64,000 bases of DNA from assembly GCA_000320545.1 (NCBI GenBank), contig ADNK01000555.1, positions 1 through 64,000 on the forward strand, given 5' to 3'. Positions 1 through 13,882 of the stretch are shown piece after piece. The notes under the pieces are model-generated. The model was not told where the DNA came from. It worked only from the letters and a program-made list of their open reading frames with translations, and did no database searches. The DNA comes from Bigelowiella natans CCMP2755. Taxonomy: Eukaryota; Protista; Cercozoa. The translations under genes and the position numbers were made by a program. Position 1 is the stretch's first letter; every line of letters starts with the position of its first letter.

Positions 1-15
1 CCCAAGGACTGTCTT

Positions 16-145
16 TTGTTCCTTTTTTTTTTTTACACACCAACAAAAAAAACACCCTTTTTTTTAGCACCCACACCTCTTTTTTTCAAAAGGACGCTCG
101 GGGGGGGGGGAAAAAAAAAAAAAAAAAAAAAACCCCCCCCCCCCT

Positions 146-188
<43 letters not shown>

Positions 189-240
189 AACAGTAGATGT
201 ATATATAAATATGTATTCATATCCATCCCCCCCCCCCCCT
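16..240. repeat. Homopolymer and (TA)n cluster in a DHX37 intron
   Basis: T, A, G and C runs (including about 22 A) followed by about 19 TA units. Confidence 0.9.
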
Positions 241-261
241 CCGCTTGCCTGTAATACTCAG

Positions 262-2173
262 GGCACTGTTATCGAGTGTTCTCCTCGGCTGTGTTTAATG
301 ACTACTTCGACGAACATGAGGCACCTGAAATCCTGACCTCACCGATCGATTCGACTGTCCTTTCTATGAAGGTACGGATTCTCTTATGCAAGTAGATAAC
401 AATTATGAAGATGATGGAGAAGATGATGGAGACGATACCGATGGTGTAATCAAAATGGATCTTTTTTGCCAAATTAGCGAGAGCGCCTCACCAAAAGCAC
501 ATTCGAAACCTTCCTCACATTCGTTTCGCTCCTGCTTCATCTCTCTCCCTGTTGGCATCAGGCTATGGGAATCCAAAATATAGCACGATTTCCATTCCCC
601 ACCCCCCCCTCTCCGGATGCTATCGACGCTGCGACGAAGGTACTGCCTTCGGCGGGGGGAGGGGGATGGGTCGATGCTACATGTTTGGAAATCTGAACAT
701 TTGGTGACCTTATGTTGTCGAGGAGACGAGGGAGGTGTGCTCGATGAAGAGGCGGAATGGTTTTCAAGTATGTTTGTTGGCGGTGTGCATTGTTGTGTGA
801 TCGTAGACGTTGGAAGCTCTTGGGGCAGTTGACAGAACGACTGGCAAGATAACACCTCTCGGTGAAGTTCAGTGTGTATACTGTAGTGTAGCGTGGTTTG
901 GTGTATATGAGAGTGCTGGAGAGAGGGGGAGAGGGAGGGAGAAAGAGAGAGAGAGAGAGAGTTCCGTGCTAATATAAATACGTAAGTAAATATATGTATT
1001 ATATGTATTTTATTGATATAAATATTTATATACATTAATGTTTAAAAATTTCAGGGGAAGGAATGGCTTCGTTTCCGGTTTCTCCTCGTTTCGCACGCAT
1101 GCTGGTGAGATAACGATGGAGAAAAATGATGCTGATGAAGAACGACACACGCTGAGAAGACAAGAGAGAGGCATTGCTGATGGATTATTATCAACAATGC
1201 GTGGTGTTCAAAAAAAAAGAAAGACGATGAGTCGATGATGACTAACGTAGACGACTAAATAATAGCGTTAACATCGTCATAACGAACGCCCCTTTTTCTC
1301 CTATGAAGGTGCTTGCAAACCAGCATCATTGTCTACGATACGTCATCTCTATGGTATATGTATATATACAACTACTATTGGTGCTGTTTGTTACAGAGAG
1401 ACTCGCAAACATATGATGATTGCTTCGTGCATGTTTGATGCTTTCAGGCTAATATTCCATCATTTTTCTTTTTAAGTTTCATTAATGCGCACTGATTTCC
1501 CTCTATCCAGCCCTCCTTTCCTCCTACACACTATCTAACAAATGCGTGCCTTCATATCTTATTTTGAGATGATGCCCCCCCCCTCCCATCCCTCCTGTAG
1601 TGGCGACTTTGAATACGTCTCCACCTTTATACTATCGCATAGATGTGTTTGCTTTTTATGTACGTTTCTCTTATTGTTTTCTTTCTTCTTCTTCTTCTTC
1701 TTCTTCTTCTTCTTCTTTCTCCCCCTCATCCTCTCTCCTCCCGTCGGTCAATCAAAGGTGGCATCCTTTGCCGCAGAGTCGTTGTTTTTGCCCGCCCCTT
1801 CTTCCTCCTCCTCCACTGATGATCCCAACGACACCGAAGGTGTGCCTCCTCTTTGCCGTCATGGGCAACCAAAACACTTAAAATCCCCCACGCATATAGT
1901 CTTTTAATTCAACGCAGATGTTGCGTAGTAGTAGTAGCAGCAGCAGCAGCAGAAGCGGTAGCGGTAGGCATCATCGTCAAATAATATGTGTGACCTCCCT
2001 CTCTCTCTTTGCTACTACTACTACTACTACTGTCCAACACACAGGTGGTGGCGAAGTGATGGATGAAAAGGAAAAAAGAAAGCGAAATCAAGCCAAGAGC
2101 AAGTCACTGATAGTCCACCCCCCCCCCCCCCCTTCCAAAAAATTGTGTTCACGTGTGCTTATGTGGGTGTACT

Positions 2174-2214
<41 letters not shown>

Positions 2215-2680
2215 GCGTGTGTGTGTTTGCAGCATAGGTGCGTGCATCATCACCATTTATCTGTGTCTCTTTTTTGTCCCTCTCTCTCACTCTTTCTCTC
2301 TCTTTCTCTTTCTCTTTGTGCGGTCGTTACTGTTACTGCAGGCATGCATTGGTATTAAGACGATGGCAGCACCCTTGTTCTGACCTTCTCGGTCGTATGA
2401 AAGTCGTAGCAGCTTACCTATGGGAAATGAAGAACAAGGTACTATCTCTTTAGGTAGAAAGAATATGAAGTGTATTAGCTTAAACGGAAATGGGAGGTAG
2501 AGGTGGGGGGGAGGGGGCAAACGCATTTTCATTGTCTTCTCTGAAAGTTGTGCATACATTTGTGTGTCTATGTTTGACGAGAAGAAGAACAAATCGAAGC
2601 AGAAGAACAAGAGCAAGAAGACAATAGGAGGAAGAGCAAGGGCCTTTGAACAGAATAACTTCCTCAGGCCTAAGAGTAAT

Positions 2681-2714
<34 letters not shown>

Positions 2715-2716
2715 GC

Positions 2717-2747
<31 letters not shown>

Positions 2748-2833
2748 ATGACATATCTAACGGCCTCATTGATTGATTGCTACACCCTACGACACGAAGT
2801 ATTTCTCCACATCCGAACCCACTGCCAAATATG

Positions 2834-2871
<38 letters not shown>

Positions 2872-4017
2872 CACTCCAACCCTGCTCCGATGACGGTGGC
2901 ACTAGGCATGAAAGAGGTCGTTGCAGTGGTGCGACAGCTGGAACGTATCATGGAAAATCTTGCTGACCAAAAGATAAGCGATCAAACTACCATTGCATCT
3001 ATCAAGAAGGTAGTAGAGCGAAACGGTGCAGCATGTACTGGGGATTTAATACATTGCCTTCTCCTGTCCTTTCAACCTCGAGAACACGAAGAAGGATGAT
3101 AGCGTCATTCATGGTGATGAGCATGTGTGCTAATGCTTTCACTTGTGTGTGTGTGTGTGTGTGGTATGTTCATATTGCAGGAGCTGTCGATGCCACCGCC
3201 CCCACCTCCAAGCTTAAAACAAGAGAAGATTCTCAGGTAGTTGTTGTTGCTAATATGGTGATAGTGATGAAGGAAGAAAAAGAAGAAGAAGAAGAAAAAG
3301 CAGTATTTTTTAACTATCTGTCCTTTATTTATTTATGTTGGCGTATGTGCACACACATATGAAATTACTATATCACTCTTGTGGTTTGGATATTTTAGGC
3401 AGATCATCACTGCCGGGCTAATGGATAGGGTACGTCTCGTTGTTGTGTATATGTGTGGTATCTGTTTATTCTGGCCCCTCCATGAATGCGTTAAGACTCC
3501 TCCCGTATGGAAACAAATCCACATCAAATCTACATCATCACTATTTTATTCGTTCGTTACTAGACACATCAACACATCTTCGGTACAGGTCGCGAGAAAG
3601 ACTTCTTTTGGGGAGATAATTGCTCCTGGAGATGGCGACGAAGAGGGGGGAGAGGGAGGCAGAGGTGGTTATGCAGTATATAATTTCTTCTACCTTCATA
3701 TGTACATATATAAATATATAAAATACATATGTACTATGTATGTATATATATATATATATGTATATATCCCCTCTTCACAGTAGAAAGCAGCATGAGCATG
3801 GTTCTAATGATAATTCCATGCTATTCCCAGGCGCTTATGAGCTGGTGAGAGGCGGTGTTGCGTACATTCACCCTTCCTCGTCTTTGTTTCCTCCTGATCG
3901 ACAGCCGCAGGTGGTATACCGTAGAATAGTAGCAGTAGTAGTAGCAGAACGAGGAGGAGGAGGAGGAGGATGAGGAGGGGGGGAGGATCCCTATGCTACT
4001 CTTCCCCTGATAAGCAT

Positions 4018-4070
<53 letters not shown>

Positions 4071-6501
4071 AGTACGTGGCATTCTTCGAGATTGTGGAAA
4101 CAAGTCGACGATACATGAAGGCTGTCACAGCAATAGAGCCACGATGGCTTACGATTGTATGTTACAACAATCAACAACATGCCATCATATTAAACAAGAA
4201 CAAGAAGAAGAACAAGAAGAAGAAGAATAGAATGAGGGGAAAAGAACCCACTATTTACTAAGACTTCTTTGCAAGACTTCTTTACATACAACACGCAGAG
4301 TGTGGTATATCTATAATATGCACCTTCTGGTTCCTTTTGTCTGATATATGGGTCGATAGCAATGGCACCACTGATTTGTTGGGATTATTTGCTATTTATT
4401 GTTGTTGTTGCTGCTGTTGTATGGTGTGGTGTCGTCAAAGGTGGGGTCGGATCTGTGCACAGACAGCGCTCCATTAGAGCAGCCAATGCCGGTCTACGAT
4501 GTATGTGAAACAACACAGCAGTACCAGCAGTAGCAGACCCTCTCTCATGCGTACTGTGTTCTTGTTGCTGTTGATGATGATGGTGACGATAGTAATGATA
4601 TTGAGCAGAGGGAGAGAGGAAGAGGGTGAGGAGGGGGGATATGGTAAGATCCTCACATATTTTGCTGATAACTAACTACTCCAATTATCAGCCAAAGAAA
4701 GATGCGATCTTCTGTTTCGTAAGGTACCATTGCCATCAACCCAGTCCATCATCATCATTATCATCATCATTATCATCATCATTATCATCATCGTCGTCGT
4801 CATCGTCATCATCATTGACTATTCTGCTCTCATGAAGGACGACATTTGGGCCTCGACGATGGGAGCTTCCTCATAGGAAACTTCCATATCCCTCCGTAAG
4901 CAGTAGTAGTAGTAGTAGCAGCAGCAGCAGCAGCAGCCAGTAGGAGCACACGTGTTAGCAGCAGCACGATAAGTGTCATTTGCTGGTTCTACTACTCCTA
5001 CCATTGGATGATACCGCGATCTTATCAGCAGATAACACTACTCAACTCTGTTGTTTCCTAGTTGTAGTAGTAGTAGTAGTTGTTGTTGTTGTTGTTGTTG
5101 CTGTAGTGGTAGCATCGTACATGTTGCATCCCTTATCTTGTCTTCTCGTCAGGAAAAGAAGACGGAAATTGTTCGGCACTTCGCACGGCTGCTTCTTTCA
5201 GGTTGTAGTTGTACAGTAGCAATAGCAGCAGCAGCAATAAGGTTCTAGCTCGAGTTGGAAGTAGAGCCTTGAAGGAGAAGAAGAAGTAGTGGTATTAGCA
5301 GTTGTTGTAGTCATGAGTGGCAGTACCGCTTTTCGCAGCTGTAGAAGATAGTAGTAAGTAATCTCATCGGTGCATCTACTGTTTGTCCTGGGTTGTCACG
5401 CTGGTGTCGACTCGGCTTTGTTTGATTTGATTCGATTCAATTTGATACAAAGGTAAGATTGTTAAAGCCCTTGGTGAGTTCTGTCCGTATCTCTCAATAA
5501 GGTGCTCATTTATATATGCATTTCCAGTGAAACATAATCATACACATATTTCATCACTCTCCGGGGGGGGGTACAGCTCATGTTTTCCCTTGGGATAGAA
5601 AGCTTTAAAGTCGCGCTTATGGCATTTCATCGTTGTTTCGAATTCTGCATGCAGCAGACCGTTTGGATCGATATTGACTTTATGATGTTGTAAAGACGTT
5701 GAAATTCATTTCTCTCGATTTCCTTTTCCCTTCTCGGCATACGGAAATGCCTCAACGTCTCCTCCTCCTCCTCACCATGATCATCACCCTCATCATCATG
5801 ATCATTATCATTGTTATCATCATACTCAGACCGGCGTCCCTCGTGAATCCTATTCTCCCTCGGAAGGTGCTTGCAGCATGTCCTATCCCTCCCTCTGACG
5901 AAGATCAGACTAGAGCGAAACAAAACCGAATCTTTTCGATCAATCGTTGGTTGATTGCGTATCTCTCACTCTTCTTCTATTTGTCTGCCTATCTACCAAA
6001 CTGTGTATGTGTATGTGCGTGTACGTGAATCAGGCTAAACGATTCCTCTCTACACTGACGAAGGGTGAAGGTGTCAAAACTCTATCTCAGGTTGTTAGAT
6101 CAAAAGCTTACAGTACGCAACATTTGTGCATATTCGGGAAAATTATCAATATCACCGGAATTTGGTGTTTTGAATCGTTAGTAATGGCAGTTACAAATAG
6201 ATTGTTAAAAAAATTCCACCAAATTTTGTAGCAATTTAACAAAACTTAACTCTGTTTATTGATAGCTCCTCGAGCTATGGCAAAAAGATCCGAAATTCTT
6301 ACTAGACGAGTATTTGGAGCTGGTGCAATGGCAGAAGCAGGATAGGTGTGCACCTCACTCTTGTATGAAACAGTAATAGTCATTATTACATATTCTGATA
6401 TCTTCGGTAGACTATATGTGATGATTCTCTATTTTTCCTCGAATCTGTTGTTTTTCAGATTAAAGTCAATGTGGCCACCAGTGACCCAGCGTAGGGTGTA
6501 G
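262..6501 (+). CDS. DHX37: DEAH-box RNA helicase DHX37/Dhr1, C-terminal part (5' end lies before the window); at least 24 short exons
   Basis: Spliced in-phase GT-AG exons read GHCYRVFSSAVFNDYFDEHEAPEILTSPIDSTVLSMK|AMGIQNIARFPFPTPPSPDAIDAATK|TLEALGAVD..ITPLG|EGMASFPVSPRFARML (HA2 region), then NNFLRPKSMKEV..RQLERI, RQIITAGLMDRVARK, YIHPSSSLF, FEIVETSRRYMKAVTAIEPRWL, TFGPRRWELP, RHFARLLLSG, LWQKDPKFLLDEYLE and MWPPVTQRRV*. These match the DHX37 family pattern I recall. Confidence 0.9.
4743..4815. repeat. (CAT)n microsatellite with a higher-order 12-bp unit (catcatcattat)x3
   Basis: Read directly from the sequence; intronic in DHX37. Confidence 0.85.
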
Positions 6502-6559
6502 TTTATTCCGGTGCGTTGTTGCGGGAAGTTAAAAAGCTACAATCACTGTTGTCAACATT

Positions 6560-7100
6560 TGACCAAATGTTACGCAATACGTCATCGGCGTTTGCTTCCG
6601 AGCACCTGTCTCTCTCCTCATTAGACATGGCAAGCTAGCAAGCGCACGTCTTGTCATAATTTTTGGCATGCCAGTAGGCTAGCTAGCTAGCACGATTTTG
6701 CTACGCACGCTAGCACGCGCACAGCATGATGAGCATGATGTGCCAGCAAGTTGTGTTGTGCCTAGTGTGCTTCGAAGCAGCACCTTCTGAAACAATGTAA
6801 TTGAAAGAAATAGATTCGTAGACTTCAATGTCATAAGTCATGCTGCCTGCCATCTTGCCATGTCCTCATGATTTCTTTTAATTACTTCATTTTGTAAATA
6901 CACTGTGTATTGTCCGTATTCCATTGTCAACACTTCTAGACTTGCTTCCGTAGCAGCTAGCAGCTGTGATGCTGCCATGCAAAGCAGCTTCAACCATTTG
7001 TTTAGAAAGTGTGCATACCTAGATATGGTAGCACATAGCTAGTATTTACTTTACAACTTCGTGTGTTCAATCGTATGCAATACATTGCATGTGTGCGTGC
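6560..7100. other. CTAG/CATG/TGCA-rich convergent spacer 1 (DHX37 > < ZnF)
   Basis: For example ggcatgccagtaggctagctagctagcacg and gcagctagcagctg; no coding signal. Confidence 0.7.
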
Positions 7101-7133
7101 TCTTGAGTACATAGTCTTTTGTGGCTTATAAAC

Positions 7134-8400
7134 CTACTCAATCGATTGATTTAGAACCGATGACGATGTTCGTTGTCTCTTGCTCCTGTTGTTTCTGTAG
7201 TCATCTTCAATACGGTTTCTACTGATGTTACTATCACTGCCACTTTTACCAATAAAATCACTACTGAATTTCGAATTCATGTGATCAGATGATCTAGAGA
7301 AAGATATCGAGAGAGGGTGGTGGATCTGCTGGATGCTTGGATTTGTATCAAAAGTATAAGACGAGCTTGAAGAACTCGATGAATCAGATTCAGATTTACA
7401 CTGTTCTGAATCTGGGTTCGGATGAGAAAGGATACCGTTAGAGTGTGCTATGACAACCGAAGATGGATTGGTGATGGAGCTTTTTGTGGAATAACTCTTT
7501 GCGAATTTTAAGTGCATTTTCGGTGTCCAAAATGGGGGCCTCGAAGACGGGAAATTTATTGGTGTACACAGTTTACGCTCTTTATTTCCTTTCGATAAAA
7601 GACCGTCTAGAAGCTCCTTTGGTGGAGGCCCCGAGACTACACCAGGAGCTCTTTCAGACTTTTCAAACATCGGGGTTAATTTCGAGGTTTGAAACAGCTG
7701 CGGTATCATGTCAGCAATCCGCCCACTGTAGATATTCTCAACCTTCTCTGCTTTCCCCGACCGTTTCGACTTAATATGTCTTTGTAATTCGACAAAGAAA
7801 TTCGGTCGAATTCGCTTCCTTGAAGGTTTCATGTGAGAAGCGATTCTCGCATCAAAAACAAGTTTCGAACAGTTTGTCTTTTTGGATTGAGTGGGGTTAT
7901 CTGTCCTGCACACCGCACATCGTGTTCTTGCCACGTTGTTGTGCAATGTACAAATAGAACAGACCCAATGGCCGGGTTTCTCTAACGATACCGCGCTTGA
8001 TTTGAAGTCGTCAGTCCCCATGATTTGCTCTGTTTCTCCTACCGTCACTTCTTTCAGGGTGTGGATGCATGCACTGCCAAGGAAGATCAGTTCGGAACTG
8101 CCTTCCTCCCGTTTTGGGGGTCATTCTTTCGGAGCGACATGCATCAAATCATGAAACATGACGAAATGACACGTTCCGCGCGTGCGAACAAGGGGATCTA
8201 TCTATGGCAGATTGTTCATGTGCGAAAGAATCACACACGAGAAGCCGTTGTGAAAACTGACAGGACTCCTTCGCACAGCTTCTCGCACCCCTCGATCGTT
8301 TCTTGTGTCACTTTGGGCAAAATGTTCAGGAAAAACTGCCGGTACTGTGCGCATCCTGCCGGTACCTTTGATACCGTAGACTTTTCAAATCCATGGAATG
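7134..8400 (-). CDS. RanBP2-type zinc-finger protein with Ser-rich disordered C-terminus; 5' exons unresolved
   Basis: The 304-codon ORF 7134-8048 contains WVCSICTLHNNVARTRCAVC (W-x-C-x2-C-x3-N-x6-C-x2-C). A plausible upstream coding frame lies at about 8230-8390. Confidence 0.65.
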
Positions 8401-8687
8401 TGTAATGCGATTGTGATTTTTAGTTTGTGATTGGGTTCTGTGATTTTTTTTCGGAATCCAAGGTTTTAATTATTATTTTCTCGGTTTTTTCGGAATCCAA
8501 CGGTTTTCCTCCCGCTTGAGCGTTACCTCCTCAGCCCTTCATAACGATTAAAAAACTCGAAGCTCGAACGGGTATATCTACCATATCCTCAGGAGTTCAA
8601 ACTTGTGGCTTACTGTTCATTGTCATGTGGTGAAAAAGAAATAGGAACTCACAATCATGTTCCATGTTAGGCTAGAAACTCACGAAA

Positions 8688-9786
8688 ATGTCGACGGTTA
8701 AGATTGCTATGGTGGGCCCGAAGGGCATCGGCAAGGTATTAAAGGAAACCGCAAGTTTGTTTCATGGCGCCAATGAGTGTTGAAAACTATTCAGTTGTCG
8801 AATTGAAATGTGTTGGAGGGGCTTGCTATGCACTTATTGTTGAAATGCACTTTGGATCTTCATTCTGCCTTTGTTCATTTCAGTCTGTCCTATCTAATGC
8901 GCTTGCGGGTGACTTCTCTTCCTACGGAGACATGCCGACGGTCGGGGTTAGAATACGAGAGGTATTGGAACTAGCAATGTTATCGAGTTGGATATAATAT
9001 AATCAAATACTTCGTTCAGATTCGGGTTCCGCTTCTAAACGATTATTCGACTATTCCTGTCGAATTGTGGGATGTTTCCGGAGATATAAAGTATCTCGTG
9101 CTAAACATATCTTTCATACACTATTGTATTCATACATTCTCTATGTCAGATACGAACACTGTTGGCCCGCGATTACGGACGGTCTCAATGGGCTTATCAT
9201 AGTTTATAACCCTAAGAACCAAATGCAGTCAAAGGAAGTTAGCTTATGGTAATTCACCTACAGATGATTTGTTTCATAGATTCATAGGGGTACTACACTT
9301 CTGTATAGGATGGAAGCTTTCTGCAAAAACTCTGATGTTACAAGTGGTCAAGTGGTCATATGGGCTCTTAATTTGCCGACGGATCAATCCCCACCTCCAA
9401 TAAAATATGAAGGTTGATAGAATCTATATTGATAAATTAAAATTAAACTGACGAGACATGATTTTAGGCAAAACAGGAACCCTAAGAATCCCTATAGTTG
9501 GGGTTTCCATCTCTCAGAATCCAAAGGTTTCTTTAAGTAATATGAAATTTTATAGAAAAACAACTTAACTCTTTCTGGAATTTCCCGTGTGTTAAAGGCC
9601 AATGAGGATATTCAATTTAATGGAGATGTAAGCTGGCAGTCCTTCGCTGATGCTTGCTACAGGATGCATCCAGACAATCAGGTCCTCCCTCCACGACTCT
9701 TGTGTCGGTTTTGGACGCTCACACATGACTATGAAATTCAGGAATTGGAAGATGAAGACGATGCCTTTCTAGATGGCAACAACTGA
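8688..9786 (+). CDS. IFT22: Intraflagellar transport protein 22 / RABL5 small GTPase-like
   Basis: Spliced exons MSTVKIAMVGPKGIGK|SVLSNAL..PTVGVRIRE, VELWDVSGDIK|YEHCWPAITDGLNGLIIVYNP..EVSLW, with a P-loop and the RABL5-like 'CWPA..G.IIV.N' motif. Acidic tail ends ELEDEDDAFLDGNN*. Confidence 0.85.
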
Positions 9787-9849
9787 GCTAGTGAGCAATG
9801 TTGGACACCATGTTCGCCGACATCCGAAAATCATACTTTACGCACGCAT

Positions 9850-10440
9850 TACTACATTCTAGGATTGGCGGCCAAATGCTCAACTGAGCTGGATGTGAGA
9901 TGAAGCTGTTGTAGAGCTTCATCGCAGCAACTAGCAGCGATTGCCTGGTCCAGGCTAGCAGCTAGCAGCAGGGCTTGCAAAGCCAAATTTGCTGATCACT
10001 TTGCAACTTTGCGTGATCAATTGTGTGCAATTTAATCTGTGTTCCTTTGAATTAACATCAGCCTGCTGCAGTGTGGGGATTTTCTTGTGTCACAATGACT
10101 ACTTAGAACCCTGTGCGCGTGCGATGCGATGAAGCTACGATGATAGACATGCAACATGATGTACATACATGTGTTGTTACGTGCACAAAACGCTCAATAC
10201 GCGCATGGTTGATTAGATCGACTGCGAGCGATGCATGTGTCTGGATATCGCGAGCTACGGCGCCTAGCGACGTTGCATTGGCGAATTTCGGACATGGCAT
10301 CGCGGCAACATTCTATAACATAGCAACCTACCGAAGAAACATTGAGGCTTAAGCTAGTTCGATCTCATTTTTAGCAATACTAGACTCTCATCATGAAATG
10401 CAGCAAAATTTATTCCTAGTTCTGGGAGCTGCACGAGCCC
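9850..10440. other. CTAG/CATG/TGCA-rich convergent spacer 2 (IFT22 > < kinase)
   Basis: For example caggctagcagctagcagc, gacatgcaacatgatgtacatacatg and gcgatgcatgtg. Confidence 0.7.
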
Positions 10441-10559
10441 GTGAAATTCTTATGCCCTAATTATAAGAAATACGTACACGAAAGTAATGAAAGAAATGGG
10501 AATAATTTGTGCAAAGGCGCGTGGCAGGATCACAAAATTGTCAAATTGAAGACTCGCAA

Positions 10560-13260
10560 GGATTTGAACAGGAAGCTTCTCATAATTTTCTCTGCTTCCT
10601 TGTCCTTTGTAAAAATACATGATATTTTTTCGTTTGACCTGATTTAGAGCATACTGTTGAAGATTGTAAACGAAATCAATCGCTTTCGGACGTGAATAAT
10701 TGTGGGCAAGGACAGCCTCCTATCGTATAACATGATTGTAAATTGCAACACTTCATCAAATCCCCGGACAGATTACGTGAAAATGAAACGATGCAACCTC
10801 AATGAACTCCTTCAATTCTTCGTGAATTTTAATCGATGAAGGCACCTTCAGCGTGATGACGTGTCAATATGCGAACTATTCTCCACCAGTTACCAAAACA
10901 CCTTAAAATTTTGCCTTTTCCTTGCAAAATCTTCTCTCTCACATCTTGAATAGCTGAATCGATGACCCATGTCAAAATCGATAGATACTAATCTTTAATT
11001 ATCTAAATTAATCTCTTACTTCATGAATGGTTGATACGAAGTAACAACAAAATATGTGATCAGCCCCAAACTGTATACATCCACCTTAATATTTATGCAA
11101 ATAAACAAGTTACCTTTCTATGTTTTTGATCAAATTGATTCTAATAAACCTTTTCATCATACTCGACGGGTTCAATGAGAACCTGAGAAGTGCCAAAATT
11201 GTCATGTTGATGAAATGAAGAAAATTGCCATATCAAACCTCTGGTGCCATATATCTCAGAGTTCTTTCGGAATAGCAGATGTTCCGGTTTTGTTTGTATC
11301 ACATTACAAGGCACCATGTTAAAGATTGAACTGTCAGGAACAAACTAAAGTGAGTAATGTAAAATATCTCCTCACCCCGTTCTTCCGGTCATTTTGTACC
11401 CCCTGCACATAAAATCAAGATTCAGAAGGTTATTACAGAATTCAGAGATTTTAACCTATCCATCTTTTTTGAAGCCCTTATTCTAGCAAGTCCAAAGTCC
11501 CCAAGTTTTGCCTTTCGATTATGTCTTAGAGATACTTTCGATAGTGGGAAACAATCAATATTCTATTAATGTTAAACGAACTGTTTTTTTTTATTTTTGA
11601 GGAAGTTGGAAGTTGTACCTGTCCACCGGAACCAAACATGATGTTATCTGGGTTACCGCATGCAACAGATGTTCATGATTTATGAAATGGAAAAGAATAC
11701 AATGCTTACCAGGCTTCAAATCTTTCCGAATTAAGTCCACAATATACCAAAAATAGATCAATTCAAACTCTTTTAACCAAAGAAATGGTCCATACCGCGG
11801 TGGATAATCGGAGGCCTATTTCCGTGTAAATATGCAACTGCCTATGTAATCAAGTAAATGGAATTATTCTGATAGGACTCAAAGATAACTTTTGCCCAAT
11901 TTTCTTCGTTCTATCACCTGTCCAATACTGATAGCTATATCCAGTGCTTCTTCCAACCTCAATTCTTCAAATGTCAACGAATATATTCATATTTACCAGT
12001 CTACGACAGTGTTTGATTTTTAAACAGCATGGTTAGTTACTTTTATTTCTCATCTTTTGGGTTAAGTTGCCAGAAAACATATACTCCATCAAAATCTGAT
12101 ACAAACGAACACATAGAACATAATTGGTTAATTGGTTATTACAGATATTATTTGGTATTTTACACCCTTTCTCCATGCATTGGATGGAAGCTTGCGCCTT
12201 AATTTGAAAAACGGTCAGATTTCTTGTACGAACGATGCTAATGCTATAGAAATGTATGGCTGATATCGCATACCAAGGAACATGACGATGTTTGGATGGC
12301 GAAGGGTTCTCCAAAGAGCTATTTCTCTTCGAATATCCTGACCAAAATTCTTAATGATTTCTCAGTTTTCAATTTTGTTTGTTTCAATTGGAAGTACTTT
12401 GACGTCGTGCTGGTTCTCTCTGTCTGTAATCTGCTTTATTACTACCTGCAGCACAAATATTTATTCCTAAGCCAAAGCTATTGACAACACAACTACCTGG
12501 ATTCCTCGAAAGAATCCTCGATATATTTGAGCGCAATTTCCCGCTAAATAAAAATAGAACCTTTAGAAGCCAAATTCCAACTTGAGTTTACCTTTACCTG
12601 CTATCGGTTTGTTTTCCATCTTTATATCTGCTGATGGAACAAACCTGTGTGTGGCACCAATATTTACGATAGAAGATATGTAACATGTATGGTACATCTA
12701 CCAATTCTCCCTTTTTCCATATGTTAGAAGGAGGCTTGGGATTTCATTTGATATCTTAGAATTTATGTGCTTTGCCAGATACTTGAATTATCATTATTAT
12801 GGTCACTTAATAATGAAATTCACAAATAGAACCGAGTCTCTATTTACCTTTGGCACGCCAGAATCTGGGGAACTTTGATGAATGTGTTGCTGATCAATTT
12901 TCCCCCTCGAAGTGTTTAATTTTGAGTCTTTTTGAACCTTGTGTTGGAAGTGGGACATGCTCATTTCATGAGTAATTGAAGTTTAGCGGTGAGCGTACAC
13001 GAACTTGTTTACCCTTAATGACAAGGAAAAATACCTGGTCTACATCGTCATCATCGTCTGTGAGGACATTGTATCTGTCGCTCTTCGTAAGAAAACGCGG
13101 TGATTTGTGGTCGCTCCGCGGTGAACCAATCAATTTTGAATTCTACCATAGTAATGCCCCAGAACATAAGCATAGGTGGTGACAAGACTTGTGGAAATTT
13201 CAGTCACCATTTGTGTGGACAAATAGAGCCTTGATCCTTAAGACACTGTCATGACAAAAG
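10560..13260 (-). CDS. Tyrosine-kinase-like (TKL) Ser/Thr protein kinase, multi-exon; ends approximate
   Basis: Minus-strand exons give REIALK, IRREIALWRTLRHPNIVMFLG, AVAYLHGNRPPIIHR|DLKP, KAKLGDFGLARI, YKMTGRTG|TLRYMAPE and KVDVYSFGLITYF. Confidence 0.85.
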
Positions 13261-13882
13261 GAAAATTTCACCAATGAACCACCTGGTCATCTATTTCATC
13301 CACATGTTCACATCAATGGACATAGTGACACAGCAGTTCAAGTGCGATAAAGTAAAAAACCACAGCCTCTCACACTTCTCTAGAGAGTGATGGATAACCA
13401 TTGAACATTTTAAAATACATGTGATCCAATCTATCAAAGTATCTCAAGTAGACACCAATGAGCGCGAGGCAAATGACACGTTCCATTGATCATTCCATCA
13501 TCGGATCGACTGACTTTGTTCTGAGATGTAAGATCCGGGTAGAGGCTCGGTAAAAGCAGGAAAGAGCGCAAATTCGGCATTTCCTTTCACGCGACAAACT
13601 GCATTTCTCCTCACCAAAAAAAAAAGGACTTAGTGCTGGTTGGAGTTGCCGATATTTTAATTAGGGTTTAGCCGGTGGGGCCCTATTTCGTCCGTTCTCC
13701 AAGATTTAACAGACCCCTACCCAAGTTCATGTCGTAGGGCAAAAAGGCCCTCGAGTTACGAAAATCGTAAACAAATAAACAAAAGCTGGAAGATTGGAAA
13801 TCCGTTCCCACCATCACAAATCTCATGAATGATGCATAAACTATTATTCATCAAATCCTGGTCACGGTAACCCTTCCATAGA

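Noticed and set aside
16-6231. Dozens of listed ORFs with poly-YI, CV, HT, SL or ER runs
   Set aside because: They are translations of intronic microsatellites on both strands; the real gene here is the spliced DHX37.
8446-8500. Direct repeat ttttttcggaatccaa x2 and similar TTTTCGGA motifs at about 36362 and 60583 as a promoter element
   Set aside because: There are few instances, the 8.4-kb copies may be intronic, and the motif is too short to distinguish from chance by eye.
13658-13672. Telobox or telomere-like TAGGGTT(T) single copies (also about 55581 and 59611)
   Set aside because: These are isolated 7-8-mers expected by chance; there is no array.
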